From Octopus vulgaris (lineage: Eukaryota): a DNA stretch of 64,000 nt. Shown one piece after another: positions 14,325 to 27,465 of this stretch (the first letter of the stretch is position 1; every line of letters begins with the position of its first letter). The stretch spans positions 50,716,001 to 50,780,000 of the forward strand of contig OX597830.1 of NCBI GenBank assembly GCA_951406725.2. The letters run 5' to 3'. Both the position numbers and the translations under genes were made by a program. The notes below the pieces were generated by a model that saw only the letters and a list, made by a program, of their open reading frames with translations, was not told the DNA's origin and searched no databases.

Positions 14325-15606
14325 TTGTGCACACCTGTGTAAGTTCTACCAATCATTAATGATAAATATATATAACAGACTGACTCAGCTATATATCTAC
14401 ATATAAATTTCTGTTACGTCTCTTAGTTAGTTAGTCAGTCATATCTTCCATAATCGCCATATCATAGGTTTGACTCTGGAATTTTTTAATAAATTCCTCT
14501 GTTAATATATATCGATAAAAAGGCACTTGCGAAACGACTGTTATTATTTACTATCACAAATTTAAATATTTGTTGCCAAGCCTTACGTTCACGGCAGAGT
14601 AGGTTTTAACATTTGACAAACAATATTGATATGTTCTGGCAAAATCTTTCGCTTCATTTGCAACACAGTCTCTCACTTTCTCTCTATCCTGCATCTAATT
14701 GTTTTCACTAATAAAAATCTACTTAATATATATTCATTGCAATTTTTTTAATTTCAAGTTTTATTTCGTTATTTCAGATGAGGAAATCAGGTATTTTGTT
14801 GACTTAAATTCGCTGTGTAAATGCTCTCAGTTTATTGTTTATACATACTGAAATTAAATTATATTGAACAACTTATTAAAATTTTCTGAAGATTCGAACC
14901 CGTGTGACTTATTTCCTTTCCGTCGTTATCTAAGAATTAGCAAATGAATTTGTTGCTATGGCAATTTCATACGCTATAGGTGTTAAAATATCTCTATATG
15001 ACGGCTGCTGTTTTCTTTTTTTTTTTGCGGGGTGGGGGTGGGGTCTCTTTAAACGTATTTGTACTACCTTGATGTTTTTTTTTAAAAAGAGAGATTATGA
15101 CTGCGATAAAATAATGAAAACAATATTTATTAAACAAGTGAGCACTATAATTAAAAAAAACATAATAATTAGAATTAAAATATAAAAATTATTGGGAATT
15201 AGCTAGGGAAATATCATCAACTGACTATCGGAAAACCGTCCAGAGGGCAGTCTTTCAGGTAGTCTATATAAATGTGTGTATGAGTCTGCTATCTGATTAC
15301 CTGACTGACCGGAAATATCAGCCAAATTTCCCGATGAACATAATAGAGCCTCTCAAAAAACAAAAAAAAAACGATAAAAAGAAAATATTAGGTTATATAG
15401 CTCTGGATACCCTAAAAATACGGTATGGTCACAGCTGGTACTTGCTTAACGATGGGTGCGCTTGAAAATGGTTGACCGCAGGGTTAATCAAAAAACCAAA
15501 ACTTCAGAAGATTATAATTGTGTGTCAATTTAGTTGTTGTCGACTTTTGTATTTGAGATGAATTGGCAACCAGAAAACTGTGATCCAAAATAGTCTTGCT
15601 ATTACT

Positions 15607-15980
15607 GCTGTGTTTGTTTGTGGAGCGAAGCGGTCTTCGTCCTCTTGGGAGAAGTCCGAAACGTGGTCCTTTGCTATTCGTAAGACCCGCAGAAGAGAAA
15701 GCAGGTCAACCCCCGACACCGAAAGCATCGACAGATGGATGAATGCGCATTCAGGCTCAGCGGTTGCGTAGAAAGTCGGGGACAAGAAACAGAAAGAAAG
15801 AGTGAGAGAAAGTTGGAGCGAAAGAGTACAACAGGGGTCGCCAACACCCCCTGCCGGAGCCTCGTGGAGCCTTAGGTGTTTTCCGTCAATAAACACACAC
15901 AACGCCCTATCTGGGAATCGAAACCGCGATCCTCCGACCGCGAGTCCGCTGCCCTAACCATTGGGCCATTGCGCCTCCAC
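15607..15980 (-). mobile_element. SINE family D (tRNA-derived head)
   Basis: Minus strand GGAGGCGCAATGGCCCAATGGTTAGGGCAGCGG...GGTTTCGATTCCC; GC-rich and apparently little decayed. Confidence 0.8.
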
Positions 15981-15984
15981 TGCT

Positions 15985-16350
15985 ATTGCTGCTTCGCCTT
16001 AGGTCATTGCTGATTAACCTTACTTGACATCAAAAGTGGTCCGCACATACGCATTCCGTCCTTCAATCGCACAGTGTATCTAGGACTGCATTATCAAAAA
16101 TATTTGGTTAACATTATAGGCATTAATTGGGACTTTTACTGTTATTTATGCTTAGGATGCTACTGAATAAGCAGATCTATCGTCAAAAGTATTCCAGCTG
16201 TGACCATTCCGTTGGTTTTTGTTCAGGCAGTGTTCCTTGATCTATGTTATTTAAAGTGTCTTTCCGTCTATGATATACTGTTATGAATTAAAGGGAAATA
16301 TAGCTGCTTTGTCTGGCAAACAAACATGAATAGGCCTTATAGTTGACTCA
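15985..16350 (-). repeat. Old dispersed modular repeat
   Basis: ATGGTCACAGCTGGAAT-like module recurs at ~15423, ~16200 (-), ~20310, ~20812, ~41623, ~41900 (-). Confidence 0.5.
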
Positions 16351-16735
16351 GGTTACAACACACGTTAGTGGGTGTCTACTTAAAAGTCTTGGTGGACTCA
16401 TGAAAAATGGTGAAATTTATTAGGATATTGTTACTAATAAAAAAGACAAGACTCTTCTCACCTTTTCCTTCTTAAAGTCTCAAGGGATCGAATCTGTCAC
16501 GAGGTGACCGCCTAATTATTTAGATTAATAATAAATGAAGGAATTACTCATTTGTCATTACAAATTTGCGAAACTATCGGAATCTCTGTGAGTCCATCCG
16601 GCAAAGAATCGATAAAATGCCAGATAACAGGAATTGTTCGGTAATTTTAAATGCAAAAACAGCGAAGTTGAGCTGAGAAAGTATTGCCAAATTAGTACCT
16701 CCTGACGCCGATGATAATTAGTAAGACCGTGTTCA

Positions 16736-16737
<2 letters not shown>

Positions 16738-16814
<77 letters not shown>

Positions 16815-16943
16815 TGATGATGATGATGATAATAATGATAATAATGATAATGATAATAATAATAACAACATCAACAACAACAACGACGACGACAACAACA
16901 ACGACGACGACAACAACAACAACAACAACAACAATAATAATAA
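16738..16943. repeat. (AAT)n/(GAT)n/(AAC)n microsatellite
   Basis: Direct reading. Confidence 0.95.
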
Positions 16944-18163
16944 TCGAAATTCAACGGGCGGAATAAGATTGAAGCTATCAACACCGGGGCAATTTCACTA
17001 CTTAAATATGGTGCAGGGGTAATCGTATGGGCAGTAGACGAACTAAACAGCTTAGACGGAAAGGCAAGGAAGTTGCTAACTAGATATCGGATACTCCACC
17101 CAAAATGTGACACAGACAGACTGTATGTACCAAGAAGAAGGAGGGGGCAGTGCACTGATTGGATGCGAACACAGCATTAGAGTAGAAGTAAACAGCATGA
17201 TATGTAAAAAATGCCACAGAATCACTATTATTGAAAGTAAGGAAGTCAGACTTATGTAGGATGGAAAATTGTAAAGATAAAGTACTGTACAAGGACTTGA
17301 GAAGGAATGACACTGAAAACAGGTGGATAAAGAAAGGAATGCATGGGCAATTTCGTAGGGATGTTGAAGATAAGACAGACGTCGAAAAAAGATGGCTATG
17401 GATGAATAAATGTGATTTAAAATCGGAAACGGAGGCTCTATCTGTGCTGCCCAAGAGCAAGCATTAAGGACGAATTACCTCAAATACAGAATAGACAACA
17501 CATCAGAAAGTGGTAAGTGCAGGATTTGTGGACAACATGGTGAAGCCGTACGGAATATTACCAGTCAATGTATGCCACTAGCCCAGAAGGAATATAAGAG
17601 GTGTCATGACAATCTAGTAAGGACACTTGTCCATAGGATACTTTGCAACAGGTATGGACTTGACCGAGCCAAAAAGTGGTACGAACATGATAAACCCGAA
17701 GGCTTCATCGAAAATGTTAACGCAAAGGTCCCATGGGATCTTATGGTTCAGTGCGACCATGAAATAGAAAATAGGAAACCATATATAGTGTTGAGTAAGG
17801 AAGCAAACGATTCTGGATCATGGCTGACAACAAGATGTGTGATAAAACAGAAGAAAGGAAAGTCGACATGACAGGTTAGCTTGGGACATCAAGCAGTAGT
17901 GGTCGATGAAAATGGTGGCAGTAGTACCAATAATTGTCGGAGCCCTGGGAACAGTGAGTAAAAATCTTGAGAAGTATATGGAATAAACAGGGGCCACAAT
18001 GAGAGTGGAGCACTTGCAGAAAAGAGCACTGCTTAGAACCGCTCGAACACTCCGGATGATACTCGAAAAATAAGGAGTGTTACCTTAATTCACTGGTAGT
18101 GAACTGCTGGTAGTAGTACATCTCCAGCGTTAGAAGCTGTGCAAAAACAATAAATAATAATAA
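16944..18163 (+). mobile_element. 5'-truncated R4/Dong-clade LINE (thumb, CCHC, RLE nuclease), decayed
   Basis: YGAGVIVWAVDELNSLDGKARK...LHPKCDTDRLYVPR; MHGQF; CAAQEQALRTNY; CRICG..CHD; VVPIIVGALGTV; ends in AATAAATAATAATAAT. Confidence 0.88.
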
Positions 18164-18164
18164 T

Positions 18165-19167
18165 CTTTCTACTATATGTACAAGGCAAGCAATTTCAGGG
18201 GAGGAGGTGAGACCATTACAGTACTCAACTGGTACTTATTTTATAGACATTTAATGTCGGCCTCAGTGGAATTCGAACTCAGAACGTAGCGACGGTTGAA
18301 ACACCGCTAAGTATTTCGTCCAGCGTGCTAACAATTCTACCAGCTCGCCGCCTTCATAACAATAATAATAATCCTTTCTAGCAAAGGCACAAGGCCTCCA
18401 ATTTGGGGGAAGGGGATAGTCGGTTACATCGACCTCAATACTTAACTGGTACTTATTCTACGGACCCCGAAAGAATGAAGGACAATATGGACTTGGGCGG
18501 AATTTGAACTCAGAACATAAAGACGGGCGAAATACCGCTAAGTATATCGTCCGATGTGCTAACGATTCCGCCAGCTCACTGCCTTTAATCCTTTCCTTCT
18601 CATCCGCCTGAAATTTGGGGGAAGAGGACTAGTGGATTACATCGACCCCAGTGTGTAACTAGTACTCAATTTATCGACCTCGAAAGCATGGAAGGCAAAG
18701 TCGACCTCGGCGGAATTTGAACTCAGAACGTAGCGGCAGACGAAATACCTATTTCTTTTCTACCCACAAGGTGCTAAACGTAGAGAGGACAAATAAGGAC
18801 AGACAAAGGGATTAAGTCGATTATATGGACCCCAGTGCGTAACTGGTACTTAATTTATCAACCCCGAAAGCATGGAAGGCAAAGTCGACCTCGGCGGAAT
18901 TTGAACTCAGAACGTAGCGGCAGACGAAATACCTATTTCTTTTCTACCCACAAGGGGCTAAACATAGAGAGGACAAATAAGGACAGACAAAGGGATTAAG
19001 TCGATTATATCGACCCCAGTGCGTAACTGGTACTTAATTTATCAACCCCGAAAGGATGAAAGAAAAGTCGACCTCAGCGGAATTTGAACTCAGAACCTAG
19101 CGGCAGACGAAGTATCGCTAAGCATTTCGCCCGGCGTGCTAACGTTTCGGCCAGCTGAGCACCTTTA
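18165..19167 (-). mobile_element. Tandem cluster of SINE family A (5 units; last three with 184-bp period)
   Basis: Repeated AAAGTCGACCTCGGCGGAATTTGAACTCAGAACG; units at 18671, 18855 and 19039. Confidence 0.92.
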
Positions 19168-19557
19168 AGAAAGTAATATATTGTTAAACAATGCTTAGAT
19201 CAGTCGAACAAATAGAAAGGTGATGACTCGAAATTTAAATAAGTGTTTATTTCAAAAGAAGTGAGGCACCAAAGTGTCAATTAGCACAAAATAAATATCA
19301 TTTCTTTCCTCATGAAAACAATACTTCTGCGTTGTGTTATTTAATTACAATATAATTATCAAACCCTGACGGAACACAATATGCGGAAATAGCTGTCTAG
19401 TTTTAAAGTAAATCATATGTGTCTGTGTCTGTGTGTATGCATATGTATTTATTGATGTACGGAGGGATGTACGGAGAAGAAAATGGAAATGAAAAAAGAT
19501 GAATGGAAAGGATGGAAGGATGTGTGTGTGTTTTTATCTTGAAATATTTATCTGCAT

Positions 19558-19997
19558 AAGGTGGCGAGCTGGCAGAAACGTTAGCACGCCGGGTGAAATG
19601 CTCTGCAGTATTTCGTCTGTCGCTACGTTCTGAGTTCAAATTCCGCTGAGGTCAACTTTGCCTTTCATCGTTTCGGGGTCGATTAAATAAGTACCAGTTA
19701 CGCACTGGGATCGATGTAATCGACTTGATCCGTGTGTCTGTCCTTGTTTGTCCTCTCTATGTTTAGCCCCTTGTGGGTAGTAAAGAAATAAGAATCGTTA
19801 TGCACGCTGGGCAAAAAGGTTAAAGGCATTTCGTCCGTCTTTAAGTTCTGTGTTCATATTCCACTTAGATCAATTTTGCCTTTCATCCTTTCGCGGTTGA
19901 TAAATAAATAACTACCAATTGAGTAATGAGGTTGACGTAATCGACCCTTAGCCGCTGCCTCGAACTTGCTGGTGTGCTGCCAACATTTGAAACCAAT
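19558..19997 (+). mobile_element. SINE family A dimer
   Basis: GGCGAGCTGGCAGAAACGTTAGCACGCCGGG head; GTCAACTTTGCCTTTCATCGTTTCGGGGTCGAT body (Meta-domain-like, inference). Confidence 0.9.
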
Positions 19998-20031
19998 ACA
20001 TAACTTTCTTTCCTACAGCTGTGGTCAAGAT

Positions 20032-20226
20032 CAGCGGTTCTCAACCGCAGCTATCAGGGCCGCATTCAGTCCTCAAGCGTTCTTCCAGCTACTCCCGACC
20101 GTCTTCTCTCTATAAACATAATACTTTTTCTTTCTTTAATTGAGCTGTCTTACATTTTTGGTGTGGCTCCCTAAAAAAATCCAGATTTCGACCTTGCCCG
20201 GACATTAAAAATGTTGAAAAACAAAG
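20032..20226. mobile_element. hAT (Charlie-like) MITE
   Basis: CAGCGGTTCTCAAC...GTTGAAAAACAAAG termini; 8-bp TSD GTCAAGAT / GTCTAGAT. Confidence 0.65.
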
Positions 20227-20379
20227 GTCTAGATTAACTATTGTCATCCTGTTGGTCGGATTAAATATGTTACCTCAGTTTCGAGTTAGGATAGCCCCAA
20301 AATATGGTAAGGTCACGGTTGGAAGTTTTTGATGATAGACTTGGATTAATTGAGTCATCAGTATTTATTGGTGATATAA

Positions 20380-20590
20380 AGTAGTGAGCAGAATCGTTAG
20401 AGCGCCGACAAAATACTTAGTGGCATTTCGTCCGTCTTTACGTTCTGAGTTCAAACTCCACTGAGGTCGACTTTGTCTTTCATCCGTTCAGGGTCGATAA
20501 ATTAAATACCATTTGAACACTGTGGGGTCGTTGTAATCGACTGGTCCCCTCCCTCAAAATTGCTGGCCTTGTGCCAAAATTTGAAATATT
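20380..20590 (+). mobile_element. SINE family A (short-tail form)
   Basis: Same head and body; tail GCTGGCCTTGTGCCAAAATTTGAAA. Confidence 0.85.
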
Positions 20591-20934
20591 TTGTAGCGCT
20601 TATATAATCATCCATATTTATTGGTCACATGACATAGGCCATCGAATAATCAACTTTACTTTTGAATGACATCATTGGACCTACGAGGGGTCTTCTGCGT
20701 GGTTGATAGACCTGCTTGAAATAACAGCCAGATCTTAACATCAGACGTCACTTGTCTTAGAGAACACGTTGGATAATGTCATCCTGGATTTTGTGGAGAT
20801 AGCAAAAGTTGGGATGGTCATGGATGGATTGCCTTTTAATCCTATATCTGTTGATTCAATGCTGGCCTGAGACTAAGCCACAACAATTAGTTACCTTATA
20901 TAGGCATTTGAATATATTTGTTACAGATGTCTTT

Positions 20935-22024
20935 CTGGTTGTTGTTGTCGTTGTAGGAGCCGCACCAACATCACTGATACTACTACTCTCCATTTCTACC
21001 ACTTCCGCTACTACACCACAATATTCACCAACACTACCATCTCCACCGCCACCAGCTAAAAGCCAGTGACACAAACGCTTGACCATCACCTCCGCCATCA
21101 TCATTACCACCACCGCAACGACAGTTGCCACCATCACCAATGACGCCAACGGCACCCTCACCACCACCACCACCACCGTAACGGCTAGTAACATCGCCTC
21201 CACCGCCACAGACGCCGCATCACCACCGCCGTCACCGGCGCCAACATCGAAACTGACGCCAACATCGCTACCGCCGCCACTGCCTCAGACGCCGCCGCCG
21301 CCTCAACTTCCGCTGCTACAGCCGCCACCAACACCAACGCAACTACTCCCCAAACCACCATCAACATCACCCCTTCCAATACAACAACCAGCGACACCAG
21401 CATCCATCCCCACGCATCCGCACCAGTACCCGCCGCCCCCACATTTTTACTCTATTCATAAAATTCTCACTAACCAGTCAACCAGTGTAGGTTTCCATTG
21501 CACAGTGCGAAGAAATTAAACCTGAATGACGGCCCAGGGCTAAATATATCGATACAATATTATTAATATCACACTTCCAGCCTCCAATATTGATTGGATA
21601 TCGCTCGACCACGCAGATACAAACTGGCAATATTTCATTCAAAGAGTTGGTTTGCATTTTACTTAGGTGGATTAGCCTAGGAACCTCCTCTTTCTCCACT
21701 CCCGCCTTCGTCTCCTCCTCTTCCATCTTTCAGTATCCTCCTGCATCCTCATCCTTCTCCACTATGTCCCTCTTCCTCAGCCAACCCCTCCTCCATCCTC
21801 CTCTTCCTTCTTCTCCTCATTCTCCTACTCCTTCGCTACTAGTTCTCTTCTCCTCCTTCTCTTCTTCCTATTGTCCTCCTCCCTTCCTCCCGTCTTTTCC
21901 CCCTTCCTTTCTCTCTTTCTCCTCTTCCTTCTCTTCCTCCACCATCCCTTCATCCCCTTCGTCCACCTCCTTCCCTCCCTCCCTTCTCTTCTTCTTCTTC
22001 TTCTTCCTTCTTCTTCTTCTTATC

Positions 22025-22070
<46 letters not shown>

Positions 22071-22247
22071 TTCTTCTTCTTCATCTTCTAAATATGCTTT
22101 TTATACCTTTTTTCTCTCACTCTTCTTTTTCACTTTCTTTTTTTTTATAAAATTTTCTGTTTTCTCTATTTCCCTAATATTTTCGTCCACCTTTCGTTTC
22201 CTTTCTTTCTTCCTTCCATTCTTTCTTTCCTTCTTTCTTTCTTTCCT

Positions 22248-22280
<33 letters not shown>

Positions 22281-22600
22281 TCTTTCTCTCTCTCCCTTTT
22301 CTCGCTTGTTTGTTTCTCTCGTTTCCAAAACATTTGCCGCAACACCTTCCACAGATGCCCTTTAAACATTATAGAATCTCAGAAAAGGAAAAAAAAAAAT
22401 ACTTTCCTGATAATCATCATATCAACCAGAAAAACAACAACAACAAAACAGAACAAACAAAAGCAATAACAAAAATTGCAACAGCAGCAACAATGCCACA
22501 CCCACCAACCACCGCCAACAGCTCCATCACTACCACCACCACCACCACCACCACCACCACCATCAGCAACAACACCAACAGTAACAATAATAACTAACAG
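20935..22600. repeat. Low-complexity tracts: (CCA)n, (CCT/CTT)n, (CTTT)n, (CAA)n
   Basis: Direct reading. Confidence 0.9.
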
Positions 22601-23279
22601 AAACAGCGTGTTCTTCGCGTTGTTTTGTTTCTTCGAGCAACGTAAAAACATGTTCTTTGGAAATGTCTCACGTCTGCGGCACGTGCGGTAAACAATGTCT
22701 TTGGTAAATGTTACATGAACTTTTTCGATACAACTACAAAAGTAAAACCCAAAAGACAAATAACAAAGAAACATAACGAAACAACAAAGAATTCTATTTA
22801 AAGAAAACGCCTCTACACATTAATTCCAACCACTTCAGTTAAGTCGGATCTGGAACGGAGAAAATGGAAGGGATCAATAGCCCAATTTCTTCTTCATGCT
22901 GACAGCATTCTAGAGTGATCTATCTTAAAGAATTCTTTCTCTCTATAGAAATATTCCAAATTCGGTCGCTAGAGCTGCTAAACTATCGTATATATTTTGA
23001 CGAATTATGTGTTGTTCTTATCGTATTTTTTTTCCAATTTTTTTTTGTGAAATGAGGAACTGTAGTGCCGGTGATCCTCTTACAGGGTCGCTGGGGCTAG
23101 CAGGAGAGAAGAAGTTATGCTTTCTCGGAAAACCTATCCCGAGTTCTTGCAGCAGGATGTTCTCTACTAAGGACACCAAACAGCCAGGTAATGGAACTAA
23201 GCCAGATCATAAAGGATTAGGTCAACCATCCCAATAATAAGATCAGTCATTCATCCTCACGCAATTTCTGCGTAAAAAC

Positions 23280-23775
23280 CTTCACATTATACCTGATGTA
23301 GAAGTTTGTGATGAAAAGGTCCGAACGTATTGTGGAAGACCTTCGAGCTCATAAAACAACTACGTACTACAAGAATCTTTGTCTTGCGCTTGCAATTTTT
23401 AATATTAGGGTCTTGTAATCGGCATAGCAAGTCTATTTAATACTATACTCAAAAACAAAGAAGTAGAATATTTATAGTAACTTTGAAGTAGGAAATTCTC
23501 AGCTATTGTGGCAGAGAACTTAACAGTCATGATAGTGACAACGATTATTGGGGCTTTGGGGACCATAGTGGCAACGATTACTGGGGCTTTGGGGAACATA
23601 GTGGCAACGATTATTAGGGCTTTGGGGACTATAGTTGGCAACGTTTATTGGGGCTTTGCCGTGAGCTAAACTTGGAAAAGAAGGCCTTAATATGGGAGCG
23701 AAGAGTTAGAGAGGAAGGAATCCCTATACTTGGTTCAGTTAAAACTCTATGAAAATTTTTTGGAATCAATATGAG
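23280..23775 (+). mobile_element. Decayed R4/Dong-like 3' end with a 33-bp tandem expansion
   Basis: GLVIGIASLFNTILKNKEVE, then (IVATIIGALGT) x~4, then ILGSVKTL; parallels 17921-18070. Confidence 0.55.
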
Positions 23776-23899
23776 GATAGATATGAAAAGAACTTTCAGA
23801 GATGAAGGAACAATAATTTTTCTGCCCCTAAAATACTTGTGGTTCAGTAGAAAACGCAATTAAATTGGTTAACGGAAGAGTAACATATAACAGTACTAC

Positions 23900-25400
23900 T
23901 ACGACTGGTGTCCCACCAGGCTTGGATTTATGGTGGATTCTCGCCTGTATTTGTACGGACGACGGAGAGAATCTCCTGGGTGTTACAGGATCGAGGAGGG
24001 AGAATTGGGTTGGGACTACCTGAAGGTTCTCCTCGACGCGAGATCAAACCTGATTTCCCTCTCGAACGGAGTAGAACTAAGGATAAACGTAGAGGGCAGA
24101 AGGCCGAGGTGCCACGATTGTGGTTCAACGGGCCACTTACGTTTTTCCTACCCGCAGAACCAGAACAGAAGGGCAGAAAGAAATGTCCAAACGAAAGCGT
24201 CACAACACATGAATCGACAAAATCAACAACAGAAAGGTAGGGAAATAGTAAGAGAAATTTAACCCAAGGAGACAAAACAGGCAGCTGTTACAGTGAAGGT
24301 GGGAGTGGGAGTAGCACTAACAGCAGTGGCAGAAGCTACAGTAGCAGGAGCAACAACAACAACTACAAAAGAACCAGATGAAACACTGATGATACGGACT
24401 CCTCCAGGCATCCAAGTGATGAGGAGGACAAAGCCCAAAAGGCAAAAAAAAAGAGACACAGAAAAAAGAGAGAAATCCAAGAATATGTAAACAGAGACAT
24501 ACTGATGACAACTCCAGCATTACAAGCACCACAATTACCATCACCATCACAAACACCCACAACAGAATCAAAAACACAGCAAGCTTTAAAAAGAAAAATG
24601 TCATTACAACAACAACCATCCGCGCAGCAGTGGAATTCCGTGCTAGTGAGGAGGGCCAATGAAAAGCTGATGCCTCTTATATCACGAAACGAGAACATTG
24701 AAACAGTGGGGGTGATCTACAGCCCCAACACTTTTAGAGTACCGGAGAGCCTAATGATGGTGCGAATGACGTTAGAGTTCGGAGCTAACCGTATGACATT
24801 GGTTACGGCCAGCGTATGGTTTTTAAGGGGGCCCCCAGAGAAACCGAATAAAACAGACAGGATAGGAGAACCACTCGACCACAAATCTCACCAGGTGGGT
24901 ACGTGTCACTCATTTTTTCTATTCCTTACTTCCTTGCCAACATGGCGGTTCTTAAGGTAGGCTGTATAAATGTACGTGGCCTGGGGGAGTCGTGGAAGCA
25001 AGAACGCTTGCGCAGCGACCTCAGGTGGCTAAGTCTGGATGAAATAGCCATCGGTGACACCAGCATTGAGGACACCGGTCGAACAAGGGGGACATTGTTG
25101 ATAACGTTAGACCGGTAACTCTGCTAAATACAGATTACAAAATTTTGGACGTGGTGTTAGCAAAGTGGTTGCCGCTTCTCGTTGACAGACTGGTGGGTGA
25201 TGTGCAGACTTGTGCTATCCCCAGCAAAATTATACACGAAAACCTCCACCTCACGCGATACATCATACAGAGTGTTGGTAAAGAACCTGGTATGCGTGGG
25301 GCCCTGATCTATTTGGATCAATTGAAAGCTTTTGATATGGTCGGCCATCAATACTTGGAAGCTGACAGACAAGTTGGCCATTCTCACCCGGAAATAGGCT
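23900..25400 (+). mobile_element. Tx1/L1-clade LINE fragment: ORF1 zinc knuckle, APE start, RT domains
   Basis: VEGRRPRCHDCGSTGH (ORF1); MAVLKVGCINVRGL (APE N-terminus); RPVTLLNTDYKIL...QTCAIP...LDQLKAFDMV (RT). Confidence 0.85.
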
Positions 25401-25431
25401 GAGAGGAAGTTATCCCTGAAAGATATTATTA

Positions 25432-25483
<52 letters not shown>

Positions 25484-26229
25484 CATTATTATTATTATTT
25501 TTCCACTCATACTAACAATAACAATGTCCTCTTTTAGACATATGGGGAAGAAAAGCAATAACAGCATTTACATGTTGATCGTGGTCATCATCATCACCAT
25601 CACAGTCATCATAACAGCCACCAACATCATCATCATCATCATCGTCATCATCGTCATCATCGTCATCATCGTCATCATAGTATCATTAAGTCAAGAAGAA
25701 ATCAATATTTTTCGATTGCAGACTTCTTGAAATAAGCCATGCTATAGGTCGATATGATGGCTTAAACCCGGATAACAGAATATTAATCCCCCAAATACGG
25801 CAAATGTTAACCGCCTTGAATTGTCATGTAGAAAACATCATTACATCATTGCTTGCAACAACATACCCCGCTCTCCCTGCTTCACTCGTTCTCTCTCTCT
25901 CTCTCTATCTCTCTATCTATCCATCCATCTGTCTCTTTATCTCCCTTTCTCTTTATCTCTCTCTCCCTCTCTCCTGTTCTCTCTCTTTTTAAATACGCAT
26001 AAACGCAAGCGCATGCATATCAATTTACACATATAAGTACACATACACATGCACACACACACAGATCACTTTCATCTCTTACTTGTTTCTGTTAAAGGGT
26101 TTGAAGGGTTTGATCAAACAAGTTTACCATTGTACTTATTTTCATTTATTCTGTCAGTCCTCTTTTTGCCGAATCACTAAACGTAAACAAACCAACACCG
26201 ATTGTAAAAAGCTGGTGGTGACAAATACA

Positions 26230-26264
<35 letters not shown>

Positions 26265-26265
26265 A

Positions 26266-26316
<51 letters not shown>

Positions 26317-26325
26317 CACACACTC

Positions 26326-26953
26326 GAGGATGGAGCGAAATGTTCATAGGCTGACTACGAAAGAATGGTGCTAGAAACGTGAAGGATTGCATTTCACCTC
26401 TTCTTATTGATAACTGTATTGTTTAATTACAGGTAAACTGACATGTAACTTTTCAAAGAAGATTTCAAATATAACTAGTAGTGATTCCTCTTCAAAAGGG
26501 ACAAAATTGTCATCGTGGTGTCATCACGTAGATGCAGAAAATTGGTTTAAAACTACACCCATTACCACCCCCACCCGGAACAACATTCATTCTGAGTACT
26601 GACGTGGTTGTTACATGAGGACAATTCTCTCTCAAACATATCCTTAGTTTCAATGGCTTTTGTGTGTGACTGTCGTTGAACTGGTTGGCCAGCCTTCCTA
26701 TTCTCCTGGTTTGGCCCCGTCTGATGGTTGTCTGGTTCATGATATGAAAAACTCTTTGCTGGGAGCCAGTATCGCAGTGATGATGACGTTGTATCTATTG
26801 TTTTGAACAACAGGATGAAAGCTTCTACACCAATGAGATCCGGGTACTGCAAAACCGAAGAAAGAAGTGTGTTGAGCGCAAAAGAGATTATGTTGAAAAG
26901 TATACCTTATATTGGTATCTTGACCAGCTTATAAACGTAACGTGAGACCCTCG
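26326..26953 (+). mobile_element. Internally deleted mariner element
   Basis: PSYSPGLAPSD (YSPDLAP-like) and KKCVERKRDYVEK C-terminus; degenerate CGAGG...CCTCG termini. Confidence 0.7.
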
Positions 26954-26959
26954 CACGAC

Positions 26960-27116
26960 GGATGTCTCTCAGATTTCGTCTAGCTAATCCACTCACGAGA
27001 ATTTAGTTGGCCCTGGGCAACAGAAGAAAGCACTAATCCAAGGTGCCACGGAGTGGGAGTGAATCCTGAAACATGTGGTTGAGAAGCAAATTTCTTAAGC
27101 AGAGCAACGCCACTGC
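26960..27116 (-). mobile_element. SINE family B, 5' part
   Basis: CCAAGGTGCCACGGAGTGGGAGTGAATCCTGAAACATGTGGTTG. Confidence 0.7.
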
Positions 27117-27269
27117 ATATATGAGTGTGTGTGCGTGTGTGTTTATGTATGTGTGGGTGTATGTACACAAGTACAAACATACAACCACATATATATGTAC
27201 GTGTGTGCATAGTGATGAAAAACACACTGCATCATTACATACAATGAATAATGTGGCGAATTCGCAAGA

Positions 27270-27465
27270 GGATTTGCACGGTGGGCAAAATACTTAGCAA
27301 GCGCTATTTTGTTTGTCTTTACGTCCTGAATTCAGAATCCAACTGGGTCGACTTTGCCTTTCATCCTTACGGCGTCGAAAAAATATGTACCATTCAAATG
27401 CTGGGATTGGTGATGTCAACTTCCCCTTCTCCAAAGATACCTGGCCTGGTCCAAAATGTGAAACC
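27270..27465 (+). mobile_element. SINE family A, degenerate
   Basis: GGTCGACTTTGCCTTTCATCCTTACGGCGTCGA. Confidence 0.7.

Noticed and set aside
18590-19167. CRISPR-like regular repeats
   Set aside because: Whole units are repeated with no unique spacers; eukaryotic SINEs; no cas genes
21079-22365. Pro/Ser/Leu-rich ORFs
   Set aside because: Low-complexity CCA/CTT tracts
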